Assembly: GCA_038831915.1 (NCBI GenBank)
Contig: JAWBKB010000003.1
Location: 32,001-96,000 of the forward strand
DNA length: 64,000 nucleotides
From: Candidatus Caldarchaeum sp.
GTDB lineage: Archaea > Thermoproteota > Nitrososphaeria_A > Caldarchaeales > Caldarchaeaceae
Direction of reading: 5' to 3'
Shown: positions 10,093 through 19,229 of the stretch, piece by piece
Position numbering within the stretch: position 1 is the stretch's first letter
Layout: every line of letters begins with the position of its first letter
The notes under the pieces: generated by a model
The model's input: only the letters and a program-made list of their open reading frames with translations
Told to the model about the DNA's origin: nothing
The model's database searches: none
Translations under genes and position numbers: made by a program

Positions 10093-11094
10093 ATGCGTAC
10101 CGGCGCGTTCCACCTTTTTCTCTCCTTTCTGTTTCTTTCCTTTGTTTCAGCTCTTCTTCTGGGAAGCGTACGTTTTCCGGTTCACGCTGTTTTACTTCAT
10201 CTGATTGGGCTGGGTGATGGTTCCAGTCTGTTGAGCGTCGTCGTTGACCTCAGGTTGATTCGGGCCGTGGCTGCTATGTTGACAGGCGCGTCGCTGGGAA
10301 TCGCGGGATGCGTTCTGCAGTCGCTTTTCCGCAACCCGTTAGCCGACCCATTCGTCCTCGGCATTTCATCCGGCTCCACGTTCGCCATAGCGGCCACACT
10401 TGTTCTCGGAACATCTATTGGCTTGATGCAGTCATACGACCCCTACAGCCTCTACGTCGCCGGAGCAATCGGCGCCGCCGTCACATCACTAATCATTATC
10501 CTCTTCTCAACGTTCACCCGCACCGCGGTCGGGCTCGTCCTCGTCGGCGTAATGATAGGCTATTTGAACACAGGAATAACGACGCTGATAATAACGACGT
10601 CGGACGTCGAAACGATGAGGGCTTTCAGCTTCTGGACTCTGGGCACTTTCTCGGCGGCGAAATGGTCGATAGTCGAGCCAGTCGCACCGCTCACCATAGC
10701 GGGGGTTTTCGCGGCGTTTTTCGCGGCGAAGCCGTTGAACGCGTTGGCTTTCGGTGAAGAGCTTGCATCCTCGATGGGTGCATGGGTTCGCGGAGCCCGT
10801 ATTCTCGCCGTCGCAGCTTCTTCATCGATTGTGGCCGCTGCGACCGTGGTCGCTGGGCCCGTCGGATTCATCGGACTCGCCGCACCTCATCTGGCGAGGC
10901 TTGCCTCAAAAACAGTCGACAACCGCTTCATCATTCCGCTGTCAGGCCTCGCAGGCGCATCACTCGCACTCGCAGCTGACATCGTCGCCAGAAACATCAT
11001 GCCGCCACTCGACCTCCCCATCACAGCCATCACATCAATATTCGGCGCACCACTCATCCTGTTCCTCATACTGAGGAGAGGGAAATCAAATTGA
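10093..11094 (+). CDS. FecCD/BtuC-family ABC permease
   Basis: QSLFRNPLADPFVLGISSG and GPVGFIGLAAPHLAR motifs. Confidence 0.93.
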   Translation: MRTGAFHLFLSFLFLSFVSALLLGSVRFPVHAVLLHLIGLGDGSSLLSVVVDLRLIRAVAAMLTGASLGIAGCVLQSLFRNPLADPFVLGISSGSTFAIAATLVLGTSIGLMQSYDPYSLYVAGAIGAAVTSLIIILFSTFTRTAVGLVLVGVMIGYLNTGITTLIITTSDVETMRAFSFWTLGTFSAAKWSIVEPVAPLTIAGVFAAFFAAKPLNALAFGEELASSMGAWVRGARILAVAASSSIVAAATVVAGPVGFIGLAAPHLARLASKTVDNRFIIPLSGLAGASLALAADIVARNIMPPLDLPITAITSIFGAPLILFLILRRGKSN

Positions 11095-12260
11095 TCAAAA
11101 CATTTCATCTATGCGTGGGATATGATGGAAAACCTGTTCTTTCGGACATCGCTGTCCATATTCCCAAAGGCCAGCTTAGCTTGGTGATAGGCCCTAACGC
11201 ATCAGGTAAAACAACGTTTCTCAAAACGTTGGCCGGCCTTCTCAAACCCGTTGCGGGAACTGTGTTCGTCGGCGCGGATGAGCTTCATCGGTTGAGTAAC
11301 CGTATGAAAGCCCGGCGAATCGGTGTTCTGTTAACGGGTAAACCTGACGTTGCTGGGATGGCCGTCGAAGAAGTCGTTGCTTTGGGCCGTTATCCATGGA
11401 CGGGCCCTGTCCATCTTCTCACAGCCCGCGACTATCAAATCATTTCAACAGTCATGGAGAAAACAGGTATCTCGGCTATCCGAGGAAGAAGGATTCACGA
11501 AATCAGCGACGGCCAGCTTCAACGCGTGATGATCGCGAGAGCTCTCGCGCAGGAGCCTGAAATCCTGATACTCGATGAGCCCACCACGCATCTCGACGCC
11601 AAATCACGCATCGAAATCCTAACATTCCTCAGAAAACTCGCACAAGAGGAAAACATGACCGTCCTCGCATCCACACATGAGCTTGAGCTCGCGTTCAGGT
11701 TTGCCGACAATCTTCTCCTGGTTTCCGATGGCCAGGTAGTCGTGTCTGACAACCCCGAAGAACTCGTCAACACACCGGCTTTTCAACATGCTTTCGGTTT
11801 CAACGGTGAATTGACTCTTTCGCCGACCACTTTGTCCATCGAATTTAGGCAGAACACAGCCGCTAAGGGCCCTGCTGCGTTCGTCATCGCGGGCGGTGGC
11901 ACCGGTGCGAAAACTTACCGCATGCTGTTGAAGCAAGGGATTCAAGTGGTTTCAGGGATATTGCATGAAAACGACATCGACCACCACATCGCATCCATGC
12001 TCGGCGTCGAAACAATAACCGAAAAACCCTTCCAGAAAATCTCCGAGGAAACATTCCAGAAAGCCGTGAAAAAAATGCTTTCATGCAGCATGGTCTTCTA
12101 CACCGACCCGCCAATCGCCGAAACGAACAGACGCAACCTCGAGCTTTTCGAAAAAGCGGTTGAAAACAACATACCAACATTTCGGCCAAACGCGGTTCCA
12201 TACACGGCCATGAAGAAGGCGTGGTTGCCGCCGACCGCGGCTTTGTCGACGCCAGAATAA
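11091..12260 (+). CDS. Cobalamin/Fe ABC transporter ATP-binding protein with C-terminal extension
   Basis: GPNASGKT, ISDGQ, ILDEPTTHLD; C-terminal 'VIAGGGTG...GILHENDID' extension. Confidence 0.92.
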   Translation: MIKTFHLCVGYDGKPVLSDIAVHIPKGQLSLVIGPNASGKTTFLKTLAGLLKPVAGTVFVGADELHRLSNRMKARRIGVLLTGKPDVAGMAVEEVVALGRYPWTGPVHLLTARDYQIISTVMEKTGISAIRGRRIHEISDGQLQRVMIARALAQEPEILILDEPTTHLDAKSRIEILTFLRKLAQEENMTVLASTHELELAFRFADNLLLVSDGQVVVSDNPEELVNTPAFQHAFGFNGELTLSPTTLSIEFRQNTAAKGPAAFVIAGGGTGAKTYRMLLKQGIQVVSGILHENDIDHHIASMLGVETITEKPFQKISEETFQKAVKKMLSCSMVFYTDPPIAETNRRNLELFEKAVENNIPTFRPNAVPYTAMKKAWLPPTAALSTPE

Positions 12261-12378
12261 TGAAGACCGCTGTGTGGGATGGGTTTTCAAATTAGGATGA
12301 GGAACTAAACGCTTTTGAAATCCATGATTGCTTCCAGCGAATGTTCCGAATGCAGCGACAAGTTGATACGTGATAGTT

Positions 12379-12567
12379 TCATGGTTTGGATTCGACTTGA
12401 GCTTGGGCGAGTTTTTTCCTCGCCTTGAGAAGCAGCTGGCCGAAAGTGCTGTCAGGGACGAAGTGAATGGGATGGGGTGAAACGGTTTTTTCGCCGCATT
12501 TTGGACAGACCTCTTTCAGCGTGTAGGTACTACATGTTGGACATTTACGCAGCCGACCGGCTTTCAA
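12379..12567 (-). CDS. nop10: H/ACA RNP protein Nop10
   Basis: LRKCPTCSTYTLKEVCPKCGEKTVSPHP. Confidence 0.9.
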   Translation of the reverse strand: MKAGRLRKCPTCSTYTLKEVCPKCGEKTVSPHPIHFVPDSTFGQLLLKARKKLAQAQVESKP

Positions 12568-12625
12568 TAGCTTGTAAACATTCGTGGAAAGCTATAAACA
12601 CATCCAATAACTGGCATGCGTAGAG

Positions 12626-13351
12626 ATGAAGCCGTTGGTGTTGTGCGGCGGAGAAGGAAGCAGGCTCCGCCCACTCACATATTATTTTCAGAAAACCATG
12701 GTTCCCATCGGACGTGAGCAAAAACCATTACTCGAATACATTCTCCGCCACATCAAAATGCACGGCTTCAACGAAGCCGTTCTCCTTATCGGATATAAGG
12801 GAGAGCAGGTCGTCAACTACTTCGGCGACGGCGAAAGAGTTGGGCTTCGCCTCCGCTACGTATGGGACCCGGAAAACGTGAAAGGAACTTTGGCTTCGCT
12901 GCGGAACGCGTTGCGGCTGAAGGCTTTCGAAAGAATCGATTCCCTGCTAATCTACTACGGCGACATACTGACCAACCTCAACCTCCGTGAACTCGTCGAC
13001 ACACATTTCGAGCAAAAAGCAGCGGCAACACTCGCTCTTTCACCAGGCTACCAGCTGCCCGTCGGAGTAGCCGAAGTAGCGAACGGCCTTGTCTATGAAA
13101 TGCGTGAAAAACCATCCATCCCCATCAACGTCACGATAGGCATCCTCACACTCGAAGCCCGCGTCATCAACGAATATGACAACCTCACAGACATCATGTC
13201 CGACCTAATCCCCCACCTCATCAAACAGGGCGAAAAAGTCGCAGCATACATCTCCGACTGTTTCTGGTACGACGTCGGCTCAACCGAAAAATACGAAAAA
13301 CTTTCCAACGAAGACATCGACAAATATCTCAGCGCGATTCTCAAAGCATGA
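12626..13351 (+). CDS. Sugar-phosphate nucleotidyltransferase
   Basis: LCGGEGSRLRPLT, YGDIL, WYDVGS. Confidence 0.9.
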   Translation: MKPLVLCGGEGSRLRPLTYYFQKTMVPIGREQKPLLEYILRHIKMHGFNEAVLLIGYKGEQVVNYFGDGERVGLRLRYVWDPENVKGTLASLRNALRLKAFERIDSLLIYYGDILTNLNLRELVDTHFEQKAAATLALSPGYQLPVGVAEVANGLVYEMREKPSIPINVTIGILTLEARVINEYDNLTDIMSDLIPHLIKQGEKVAAYISDCFWYDVGSTEKYEKLSNEDIDKYLSAILKA

Positions 13352-13456
13352 AAAACGGAGAGCGGTTTATTTCTTGTCAGGTTGCAGACACGGGCTTCGG
13401 TGCCGGTGTCTGAGGTTTAGCGACACGTCAAAATACCGGTATGTCGTCGTAGAGCC

Positions 13457-13849
13457 ATGGTCTTAGACGAGCAAGCCCTGAAGCTGATTCAGGGCCGGAA
13501 CTTCGCTTTTCTCGGCACAGTCAACGCAGACGGCTCGCCGCAGGTAACCCCGGTTTGGATAGACGAAGAAGACGGATATCTACTCGTCAACACGGTGGTC
13601 GGCAGGGTGAAAGAACGAAACACACGGAGAGACCCACGCGTAACGATTGCCATCCCCGACCGAATGAATTTATACCGCTATCTTTACGTCAAAGGCCGCG
13701 TCGTCGACCGCATCACGGGGCAGAAAGCCGAAGACCACATCGACAAACTCGCCGTAAAATACACCGGCGACAAATTCAAATGGCGACGGCCTAGCGACAC
13801 ACGCGTCATCCTCAAAATCCAGCCCGAAGAAGCCAAAATGCTCGGATAA
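13457..13849 (+). CDS. PPOX-class probable F420-dependent oxidoreductase
   Basis: GTVNADGSPQVTPVW...K.RN..RDPRV...HIDKLA.KY.G. Confidence 0.88.
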   Translation: MVLDEQALKLIQGRNFAFLGTVNADGSPQVTPVWIDEEDGYLLVNTVVGRVKERNTRRDPRVTIAIPDRMNLYRYLYVKGRVVDRITGQKAEDHIDKLAVKYTGDKFKWRRPSDTRVILKIQPEEAKMLG

Positions 13850-14089
13850 AAATCTACCACAGCCTGTCGAGTTTTTCGTCAACTATTCTTTCTTAAAGCG
13901 GTTCCAGCCATCCCTTCACAGCTGAGGCGATTCCTCGATGGTCGTCCCGAATACATTTCAAAAGAAACCGATGGATGGACGTGAAATGTTTAGCAGTTTT
14001 CATCCACCGATGACCGAGCAAGGACCTAAATTTGCCGACAGGCTTTGAATGAACATGTTTGCGAGTTTTCCGGGTTGGTGGTGGGTTGA

Positions 14090-15085
14090 ATGGATTCGAT
14101 TGTTGTTGAAAACCTTGTCAAGAAATTCGGCGGCGTCACGGCTGTTGACGACGTGAGCTTTTCAGTTGGTGAGGGAGAGCTTTTCGGGTTTCTCGGGCCC
14201 AACGGAGCGGGCAAAACAACAACCATCAACATTCTCACGACCTTGGTCAAGCCGACCTCGGGAAAAGCCATCGTCGCCGGATACGATGTTGCGACACAGG
14301 CCAACCAGGTCCGCAAACACGTCGGACTTGTTCCACAGGAGCTGACCGTCGACGACGACCTCACAGGTTTGGAAAACTTGATGCTTCAAGCAGGTCTATA
14401 CCACATCCCAGCAAGCGAAGCACGGAAACGCGCCAAAGAACTTCTCGAACTCGTGGGGCTTACCGAAGCGGCGAACAGAAAAGTTGAAACCTATTCGGGC
14501 GGGATGAGAAAACGCCTCGACCTCGCATCGGGCCTCCTACATCATCCTGAAATTCTTTTCCTCGACGAGCCGACGCTGGGCCTCGACGTGGCGACACGCG
14601 CCGTGATATGGGACTACATCAGAAAACTTCAGAAAGAAACCGGCACAACCGTTTTCATGACCACCCACTACATGGATGAAGCCGATGCTCTCTGCCAAAG
14701 AATAGCCATCATTGACCGTGGAAAAATAAAGGCGGTCGATTCTCCGGAAAGGCTGAAGTCGATGATCGGCGGCGACATCATAGAGCTGGAGCTTCTGGAG
14801 AACGGAGTCGACGCGGGAAAGATTCTTGCAGAGATTGAAGGAGTGGGTCGACATAGTTTTTCCGACGGTGTTCACCGGTTGACCGTTGAGGGAGGAGACC
14901 GCGTTCTTCCACTCATTCTTGAAGAATTGATGCGACACGGTGTCCGCGTCAAAAAAGTTAGCATGAGTAAGCCTTCGCTCGAAGAAGTCTTTCTCGAATT
15001 CACGGGTAGGAAGCTACGCGACGAAGCGGGAAGCTGGGAAGAAGCCTTTAGACGGAGAGTTGTTTTGCGGAGGGCCCGGTCATGA
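14090..15085 (+). CDS. DrrA-like ABC exporter ATP-binding protein
   Basis: GPNGAGKT, YSGGM, FLDEPTLGLD. Confidence 0.93.
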   Translation: MDSIVVENLVKKFGGVTAVDDVSFSVGEGELFGFLGPNGAGKTTTINILTTLVKPTSGKAIVAGYDVATQANQVRKHVGLVPQELTVDDDLTGLENLMLQAGLYHIPASEARKRAKELLELVGLTEAANRKVETYSGGMRKRLDLASGLLHHPEILFLDEPTLGLDVATRAVIWDYIRKLQKETGTTVFMTTHYMDEADALCQRIAIIDRGKIKAVDSPERLKSMIGGDIIELELLENGVDAGKILAEIEGVGRHSFSDGVHRLTVEGGDRVLPLILEELMRHGVRVKKVSMSKPSLEEVFLEFTGRKLRDEAGSWEEAFRRRVVLRRARS

Positions 15086-15954
15086 GCGAAGTCGTCGGCG
15101 AAATACGTGTTTTGTTCATGCGTGAAATGAAGAAATGGTATCGTTCGCCGTTTCTAATGTTTTTCACCTTGATTCAGCCAATCATCTGGATGGGGTTGTT
15201 CGGCAAAGCCTTCAACCTAACCGGGTTGATGCAGATCCCTGACGAAGTGTTGAACAGGCTTCCACCCGCCGTCACAGCTCAGATAGCGGACGTCTTCAAC
15301 TCTTTGTTGACACGGTTTTTCGGCGTGGCAAACATCGATTACTTCAGCTACATTTCAGTCGGAATGCTAACCATTACCGTGCTTTTCACCTCGATGAGCA
15401 GCGGCATGGGAATAGCATGGGACAGAAGACTTGGGTTCCTCAACAAACTTCTCGCCGCACCGATCTGGCGCGGCTCCATAATCATTTCCCGGGTTTTCGC
15501 AGGCGTTGTAAGAGCCGTCTTTCAAGCGACTCTGCTCCTACTCGTCGCACTTGCTTTCGGAGCAAAGTTCAACGTTCTGCTTCCCTACGGGCCGTTCACC
15601 GCTTTCGCCGCCGTGTCGCTCCTCGCACTCGGCCTCACATCGCTTTTCATCGCCATAGGAGTCCGGCTCAAATCATGGGAATCACAGACCGCCGTCATGA
15701 ACCTCCTCAACCTACCGCTGATGTTCGCCAGCAACGCACTGTACCCCATCAACCTAATGCCTGAATGGCTCCAAACCATCGCGAGAATAAACCCAATCAG
15801 CTACGCGGTCAACGCTCTTCGACAATCCCTCCTCTACGGCGAAGCAGCAAACATCGCAGCACTCACCACAGACCTGCTCGCCGTCTCGTTGTTCGGCGTC
15901 ACGCTGGCCCTCATAAGCTCCTACGTCGCGGGAAACATGTTAAGAAAAAGCTAA
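15082..15954 (+). CDS. ABC-2 type permease
   Basis: Six TM helices, WDRRLGFL, FASNALYP, NPISY. Confidence 0.9.
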   Translation: MSEVVGEIRVLFMREMKKWYRSPFLMFFTLIQPIIWMGLFGKAFNLTGLMQIPDEVLNRLPPAVTAQIADVFNSLLTRFFGVANIDYFSYISVGMLTITVLFTSMSSGMGIAWDRRLGFLNKLLAAPIWRGSIIISRVFAGVVRAVFQATLLLLVALAFGAKFNVLLPYGPFTAFAAVSLLALGLTSLFIAIGVRLKSWESQTAVMNLLNLPLMFASNALYPINLMPEWLQTIARINPISYAVNALRQSLLYGEAANIAALTTDLLAVSLFGVTLALISSYVAGNMLRKS

Positions 15955-15960
15955 AAAAAT

Positions 15961-16797
15961 TTACCGCCAAATTCGGCACAAAGCTTCGTAGTCTTCCTCA
16001 GACAGCCGCCAACCAGCGGCTCCCGCGTTTTCCTCGATGTGTTCTTTCTTCAACGCCTTGGGAATGGTGATGATGTTCGGCTTCCAGATAACCCAGTTCA
16101 ACGCGACCTGTGCCGGTGTTTTGCCGTATTTCGCCGCTGTTTCCTCAAGTTTCCGCCCCTTCTCCGACCGGTCTGTTAGTAACCGGCCTTTACCGAGCGG
16201 TGTATAGGCAACAATAGTTATTCCGTTTTTCTCACAAAAAGGCAGCAGTTCACGTTCAATTGCTCTGTTTTCAAGGCTGTAGCTCACCTGGTTCGAAACG
16301 ATTTCCTCACTTTTCATGGCTTCCATGGCTTCCTCAAGAAGAGGCACGTCGAAGTTGCTCACGCCGATGTATCGAACAAGCCCGTCCTTAACCAATTTCT
16401 CCATCGCCTTCATGGTTTCCGATATTGGAATCCGTGGGTTCGGCCAGTGCATCATATATAGGTCAACGTATTTGAGCTGAAGCCTTTCAAGGCTCTTCCT
16501 ACACGAGGCTATCACGTTTTCATATCGGAGGTTTGTGTGCCAAACTTTGGTGGCTACGAAGACGTCGTCGCGTGGAAAATTTTTTATTGCTTTTCCGACG
16601 AGTTCTTCGGAATGACCCGCAGCGTAAAATTCAGCCGTGTCGATGTGGTTCATTCCAAGCTCGACGGCGTAGCGAATGGCTTCGACAGCTTTGTTGTCCA
16701 TGCTGTAGTCAGGTGTTTCCCACCCCCCTATTCCCCAAGTTCCGAAACCTATGGCAGCGACGCATTCGCCTGTTTTCCCCAACATTTTCTTCTCCAT
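15961..16797 (-). CDS. Aldo/keto reductase
   Basis: IGFGTWG, IDTAEFY, DLYMMHWP, IGVSNF, IPK. Confidence 0.95.
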   Translation of the reverse strand: MEKKMLGKTGECVAAIGFGTWGIGGWETPDYSMDNKAVEAIRYAVELGMNHIDTAEFYAAGHSEELVGKAIKNFPRDDVFVATKVWHTNLRYENVIASCRKSLERLQLKYVDLYMMHWPNPRIPISETMKAMEKLVKDGLVRYIGVSNFDVPLLEEAMEAMKSEEIVSNQVSYSLENRAIERELLPFCEKNGITIVAYTPLGKGRLLTDRSEKGRKLEETAAKYGKTPAQVALNWVIWKPNIITIPKALKKEHIEENAGAAGWRLSEEDYEALCRIWR

Positions 16798-16851
16798 GCC
16801 GTTGTTCACACTCCTTAGAACATTTAAAACGTTGTGGAAAACATTTGACCT

Positions 16852-17127
16852 GTGTCCGACGACGCTGACTACTGGATAATCAAAATTCCGAAGCCGCGTA
16901 AAATTCTCCGCATCTTTGCAAAGATAGGTCTTTTCATGGGAAACGTTTTCTCACGTAGCTTCAGTGTCGACGTTCCCCTTATCTTGATCACTTCGCTTCT
17001 CGTAGGGGTTGTTTTGTTCATCATGTTCACCGTGGTTTTCCGCATCCCCGATTTTGTTGCAGCTGTCTTCACGGCGTTGCTCATACTGCTTTACCTACTT
17101 GTTCTGAGACGGGAAATGGGCAGGTGA
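16852..17127 (+). CDS. Small hypothetical membrane protein (2 TM)
   Basis: Two hydrophobic helices; divergent from the AKR gene. Confidence 0.55.
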   Translation: MSDDADYWIIKIPKPRKILRIFAKIGLFMGNVFSRSFSVDVPLILITSLLVGVVLFIMFTVVFRIPDFVAAVFTALLILLYLLVLRREMGR

Positions 17128-17487
17128 TGTCCATCTCCAGAAAAAAGCCGCGTCGGCACGTGGTTTCATAAAGTTGGCGCCGTAAACCGCGAGAGTAAGA
17201 GCCATGACGTAATCGTAGTGCTCGCCGACCGGTGCGCCGTATCTCACATGACCGTCCTTGAATGTCTGCTCAAAATGCCGTAGCTGCTTTATGAGCGTTG
17301 TTTCGCCGGCTGGGATGATGAGTTTCCTTTCGAGAACGGTGCTGCAAAGGTTTTTCACAAGCGATTCCTTAACGGCTCTGGTAATGGTGACAGGCATGAC
17401 CGGGGGCAGCTTTTTCTGAAGGAATTCTGAAAACGGCGCCCCCATCCCCGTGATGTCAACAACTACCACCGCAGGCTTGAGAATCAA
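17095..17487 (-). pseudogene. Fragment of a viral terminase large subunit (C-terminal RNase H-like nuclease domain)
   Basis: VVVDITGMGAP...K.SLV..L...L..QL..F...YGAP.GEHYDYVMAL.LA matches the Terminase_6C pattern (DxTG.G...HDDxVxALALA); ATPase domain absent. Confidence 0.75.
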
Positions 17488-17514
17488 GGGAGCCTCTTCG
17501 ATGGCTTTGAGCTG

Positions 17515-17790
17515 TTATTCAAATTTCGCAAACGCCTTCACACACCCGGTTACAAAGTCCTGCAGCCTAGTGCCGACTTCAAACAACGCGATGCCCAGCC
17601 CACGTTTCAAAGCACCGCTGAAAACTCCAAACGCCGACGACAGTTTCTCCGCTTCACGGATACCTGCGTCACCCAAAGCATGAAGCTGCGTCTTCGCATA
17701 GGCTATCGTCTTGACCAATTGGTTCTCAGCCTTGAGAAGAACTTTGACTGTGAAGTTAGGCTGAGCCATCGGAAGCTTTGTCCAGAACAT
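17515..17790 (-). pseudogene. N-terminal fragment of a probable tail tape-measure protein
   Basis: MAQPNFTVKVLLKAEN...amphipathic helices...VKAFAKFE*QLKAIE; in frame with the terminase fragment. Confidence 0.5.
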
Positions 17791-17829
17791 CGATTATAGC
17801 GTTCAGCAAAATTGTAGACGACTGATACA

Positions 17830-18105
17830 TTGTTGACATGTGGAGAAGTCACTTTGACATGCCCTGTCTGCTGTGGCACAAACCTACTACACGCAAAAAT
17901 CGAGTCAAACATTCCACCAAACATTCCACAGGCCTTTGAATGCCTCTACTGCCAAACACAGTTCAGCATTCTCAAGCCTCAGATTTTGGAGTTTGAGGTT
18001 TCATGTGAAGAAAGCCGTGAAGAACGGCAGAAGAAAATTAAACGGCGACGCAATTTAGCGGAAATTCTCGACGGAATTCTACTCGGATGGCTTCTACGCA
18101 AATAA
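17830..18105 (+). CDS. Small Zn-ribbon protein
   Basis: CPVC...CLYC pairs, charged helix, short hydrophobic tail. Confidence 0.55.
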   Translation: MLTCGEVTLTCPVCCGTNLLHAKIESNIPPNIPQAFECLYCQTQFSILKPQILEFEVSCEESREERQKKIKRRRNLAEILDGILLGWLLRK

Positions 18106-18147
18106 ACCCTTTTCTCCCGCTTATCGTTGCTCGATGGGTTATTTGGC

Positions 18148-18720
18148 TTAGTTTCTCGGTGTGTAGAGTGTCCATGTTGATGGGTTGAATTCGTTTCGGA
18201 AATCACGGATTTCAGCGTATCGGTTCACCACCAGCCAGAGGTTGACGTTGAGCACATGTGTCGCGTTGTAATCAACGTAAACCACGGCCACTAAGCGGTT
18301 GTAGCTGTCCATCACAGCGACGTCGTCAACATCGAGATAAACCGTTTTGCCTTCAATCAACCCACGTAACGCGTTCGTCGCCTCCATGTATCCTGGCTGG
18401 TTTCTTTCAGGAGTGTTGATGTCCGCCAGCCTTACACGTCCCGACGGAAAGCCGTCGAAAGTATCACCGTCAACAACACGAATAACCCTCGCAACCATGT
18501 CGGCTGGCTTCCCCCCTATCGACACAAGGCCCGCCGTGGTTGTCCGCGTCGTCGTCAACGTCGTCGTCTGCACAATGGTCGAGACAATTGTCGCTGTTTG
18601 AGTTCTATCAACTGTCAAAGTTCTCGTAACAGTCGGCTGCTGAGATGTTCCCGCGAGCAGATATCCCGCGAGGAACGCGACAGCGATTAACGCTACTACA
18701 GTCGTGGCTGAAAGCCGCAT
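18148..18720 (-). CDS. Secreted/anchored thermonuclease (SNase family)
   Basis: Signal peptide, Thr linker, VVDGDTF, VRLADINTPE, D.Y.RLVA.VY. Confidence 0.9.
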   Translation of the reverse strand: MRLSATTVVALIAVAFLAGYLLAGTSQQPTVTRTLTVDRTQTATIVSTIVQTTTLTTTRTTTAGLVSIGGKPADMVARVIRVVDGDTFDGFPSGRVRLADINTPERNQPGYMEATNALRGLIEGKTVYLDVDDVAVMDSYNRLVAVVYVDYNATHVLNVNLWLVVNRYAEIRDFRNEFNPSTWTLYTPRN

Positions 18721-18797
18721 AACAAGTTTGCAATGCTCATTTAAATATACCTAATGCTTAATCGCCTGTCAGCGTAATATCGTGATGGAGATAGGGG

Positions 18798-19224
18798 TTG
18801 AAGAAAAAATTTGTTCTGGGCTCGAGGGGATGGGTGGAAGCTTTTGTCAACGTCCTCAATTCAGACCCCGAATACCAGTCTGCCGCAAAGGACTGGGAAG
18901 ACCCAATAGTCATACTGATGACGGGCCTTCCGCCCAAGCTCCGAGAATATTTTCAAAGTGACGCAGTTGGATGCTGGTTTGACCTTTACCACGGTCGTTG
19001 CAGGTCATTCGAATTAGTGAAAAGCATCGACGAAAAACCCTCGCCAATTGTTCTTTACGGCATGTATGAAAAAAATCGCGATGGGCAAAGTAAACCCCAC
19101 CATAGCAGTTGTAACAGGACAGGTCAAGGTCAAAGGAAACATGGCGAAGCTATTATCCAACGCTGGCGCGTCTTCGGCTTTCGTCAACGCTTTGAAGAAA
19201 GTTTCGACGGAGTTTTTGGCGTGA
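18798..19224 (+). pseudogene. SCP2 sterol/lipid-binding domain protein, frameshifted at A7 (19069-19075)
   Basis: W.EAF...LN.D.EY..AAK.WE...DL.HG.C; the +1 frame continues KIAMGKVNPTIAVVTGQVKVKGNMAKLL to TGA at 19224. Confidence 0.75.
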
Positions 19225-19229
19225 ATGAT

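Noticed and set aside
12290-12350. Possible C/D-box sRNA next to nop10 (GGATGA...TTGA...ATGATT...CCGA)
   Set aside because: All boxes are degenerate and I could not identify an rRNA or tRNA target by eye.
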